Shown in pieces: positions 63,273-64,000 of a stretch of 64,000 nucleotides of DNA; within the stretch, counting starts at the first letter, position 1; every line of letters begins with the position of its first letter. Both the position numbers and the translations under genes were made by a program. The stretch is taken from positions 12,079 to 76,078 of the forward strand of contig JAFUGY010000099.1 of NCBI GenBank assembly GCA_017469115.1, read 5' to 3'. Under the pieces are notes generated by a model, which saw only the letters and a program-made list of their open reading frames with translations, had not been told where the DNA came from and made no database searches. This DNA is from Oscillospiraceae bacterium. GTDB lineage: Bacteria > Bacillota > Clostridia > Oscillospirales > Oscillospiraceae.

Positions 63273-63844
63273 TGGAGTCCTATACTGTAAAATCTTTGAT
63301 TCTGTTGATCATTGGCGGTGCACTGGCGGGCAACTACGCGCTGGAAAAGCTGATGGGTGCTGCGCCTGTTTTCGGTCTTTCCCGTAAGGAGAAAGCTCTT
63401 CCTGCCCTTGGCATCGGCGTGCTGGTTGTTATGCTCCTTACGGCGCCCTTGCTCCGGGCAGTGCACACGGCTTTCCTTGCCCCTGCAAATCTGCTCTATT
63501 TGCAGAATCTCTGCTTTACCGCGCTGATTCTTTGTGTAGCCTATCTGGTTTCTCTGCTTGCCAAAGCTGTTCTGAAGAAGCCTCTGGGGCCGTATTTCCT
63601 GATTCTTGCGGTCAACAGCGCTGTCTTTGGGCTGGCAGTCAACGTTATCACGGACGGGCTCTCCCTCACCGCAACCATTCTGACGGCCTTTGGCGTCGGC
63701 CTCGGATATTTGTTTACACTGTTTGTATTGGCCGGTGTGCGGGAAAAGGTTGACGATTTTTATGTGCCGAAGGCATTTCGCGGGCTCCCGGTTCAGCTGC
63801 TGGCAGCGGCAATCATTTCCATGGCGCTGCTTGGGTTCAAATGA
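63269..63844 (+). CDS. rnfA: RnfA-like subunit (second cluster; both conserved Cys lost)
   Basis: 191 aa. 'LEKLMGAAPVFGLS' replaces ..FLG.C.FLGVS, and 'LILAVNSAVFGLAV' replaces ..TNCAVLGVAL. Confidence 0.8.
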   Translation: MMESYTVKSLILLIIGGALAGNYALEKLMGAAPVFGLSRKEKALPALGIGVLVVMLLTAPLLRAVHTAFLAPANLLYLQNLCFTALILCVAYLVSLLAKAVLKKPLGPYFLILAVNSAVFGLAVNVITDGLSLTATILTAFGVGLGYLFTLFVLAGVREKVDDFYVPKAFRGLPVQLLAAAIISMALLGFK

Positions 63845-64000
63845 GTTTTGACCGTAAAGTACTCCGCCGGGATCTCCTGCTGATTCTGTTCTTCCTGCTT
63901 CTTTCTGCTGCGATGTTCGCTTTTTCGCACTTCCGGCAGCAAGAAGGAGGATGGGCAGTTGTCACTGTCAATTCCAAAGAAGTAGCCCGGTATTCTCTCC
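63841..64000 (+). CDS. NusG-domain-II (DUF1312)-like membrane protein, 5' part only (runs off window)
   Basis: ATGA overlap with the rnfA-like stop. The sequence is 'MSFDRKVLRRDLLLILFFLLLSAAMFAF...GGWAVVTVNSKEVARYSL', a TM anchor followed by the characteristic '(V/I)...(V/I)..(D/N)GKEV.RYSL' start of NusG_II proteins. Confidence 0.5.
   Translation, partial: MSFDRKVLRRDLLLILFFLLLSAAMFAFSHFRQQEGGWAVVTVNSKEVARYSL

Overview
This 64-kb window looks like a Bacillota/Clostridia-type chromosome. That placement is an inference from gene content: clostridial rnfCDGEAB gene order, a SpoIIE-type phosphatase, and a Flg_new-repeat surface protein. I support about 60 protein-coding genes and saw no rRNA, tRNA or CRISPR array. 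The window reads as follows.

- **0.2-4 kb:** a methyltransferase, an ECF sigma/anti-sigma pair, a GyrI-like protein and a hydrolase.
- **4.1-10.7 kb:** an Opp/Dpp-type ABC operon whose last gene, a NanA/DapA-family lyase, is broken by one in-frame TAA.
- **10.8-13 kb:** a DUF1349 protein and an orphan acetate kinase preceded by a 10-nt motif array.
- **13.1-17.8 kb:** leuABCD (transcribed A, C, D, B) with a promoter, a Leu-rich mini-ORF and a leader terminator.
- **17.9-23.6 kb:** housekeeping and accessory enzymes.
- **23.6-27.9 kb:** a visibly AT-richer islet with an HNH endonuclease and a truncated regulator.
- **28.7-32.1 kb:** EamA transporter, LarA homologue and malic enzyme.
- **33.1-36.2 kb:** a 2-hydroxyacyl-CoA-dehydratase-like pair plus a micro-membrane protein.
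- **36.3-45.8 kb:** a drastically shortened enolase-like protein, a lipoprotein, a CofE-like protein, a GT39 glycosyltransferase, a PfkB kinase and a 1226-aa surface protein.
- **46.6-64 kb:** the most interesting part, described below.

In the last region a canonical Rnf operon, with RnfD fused to RnfG, runs with a 14-nt gap into nrfA. A ResB/CcsA heme lyase pair follows, and no NrfH is visible in the window. About 4 kb away lie an ApbE flavin transferase, a PplA-like tandem FMN-bind-like exported protein, and a second, degenerate Rnf-like cluster. That second cluster has no rnfB at the expected position, has lost 3 of 4 RnfA/E cysteines, and carries a tandem-domain RnfG. All functional assignments come from motif recognition by eye. 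No database search was run.
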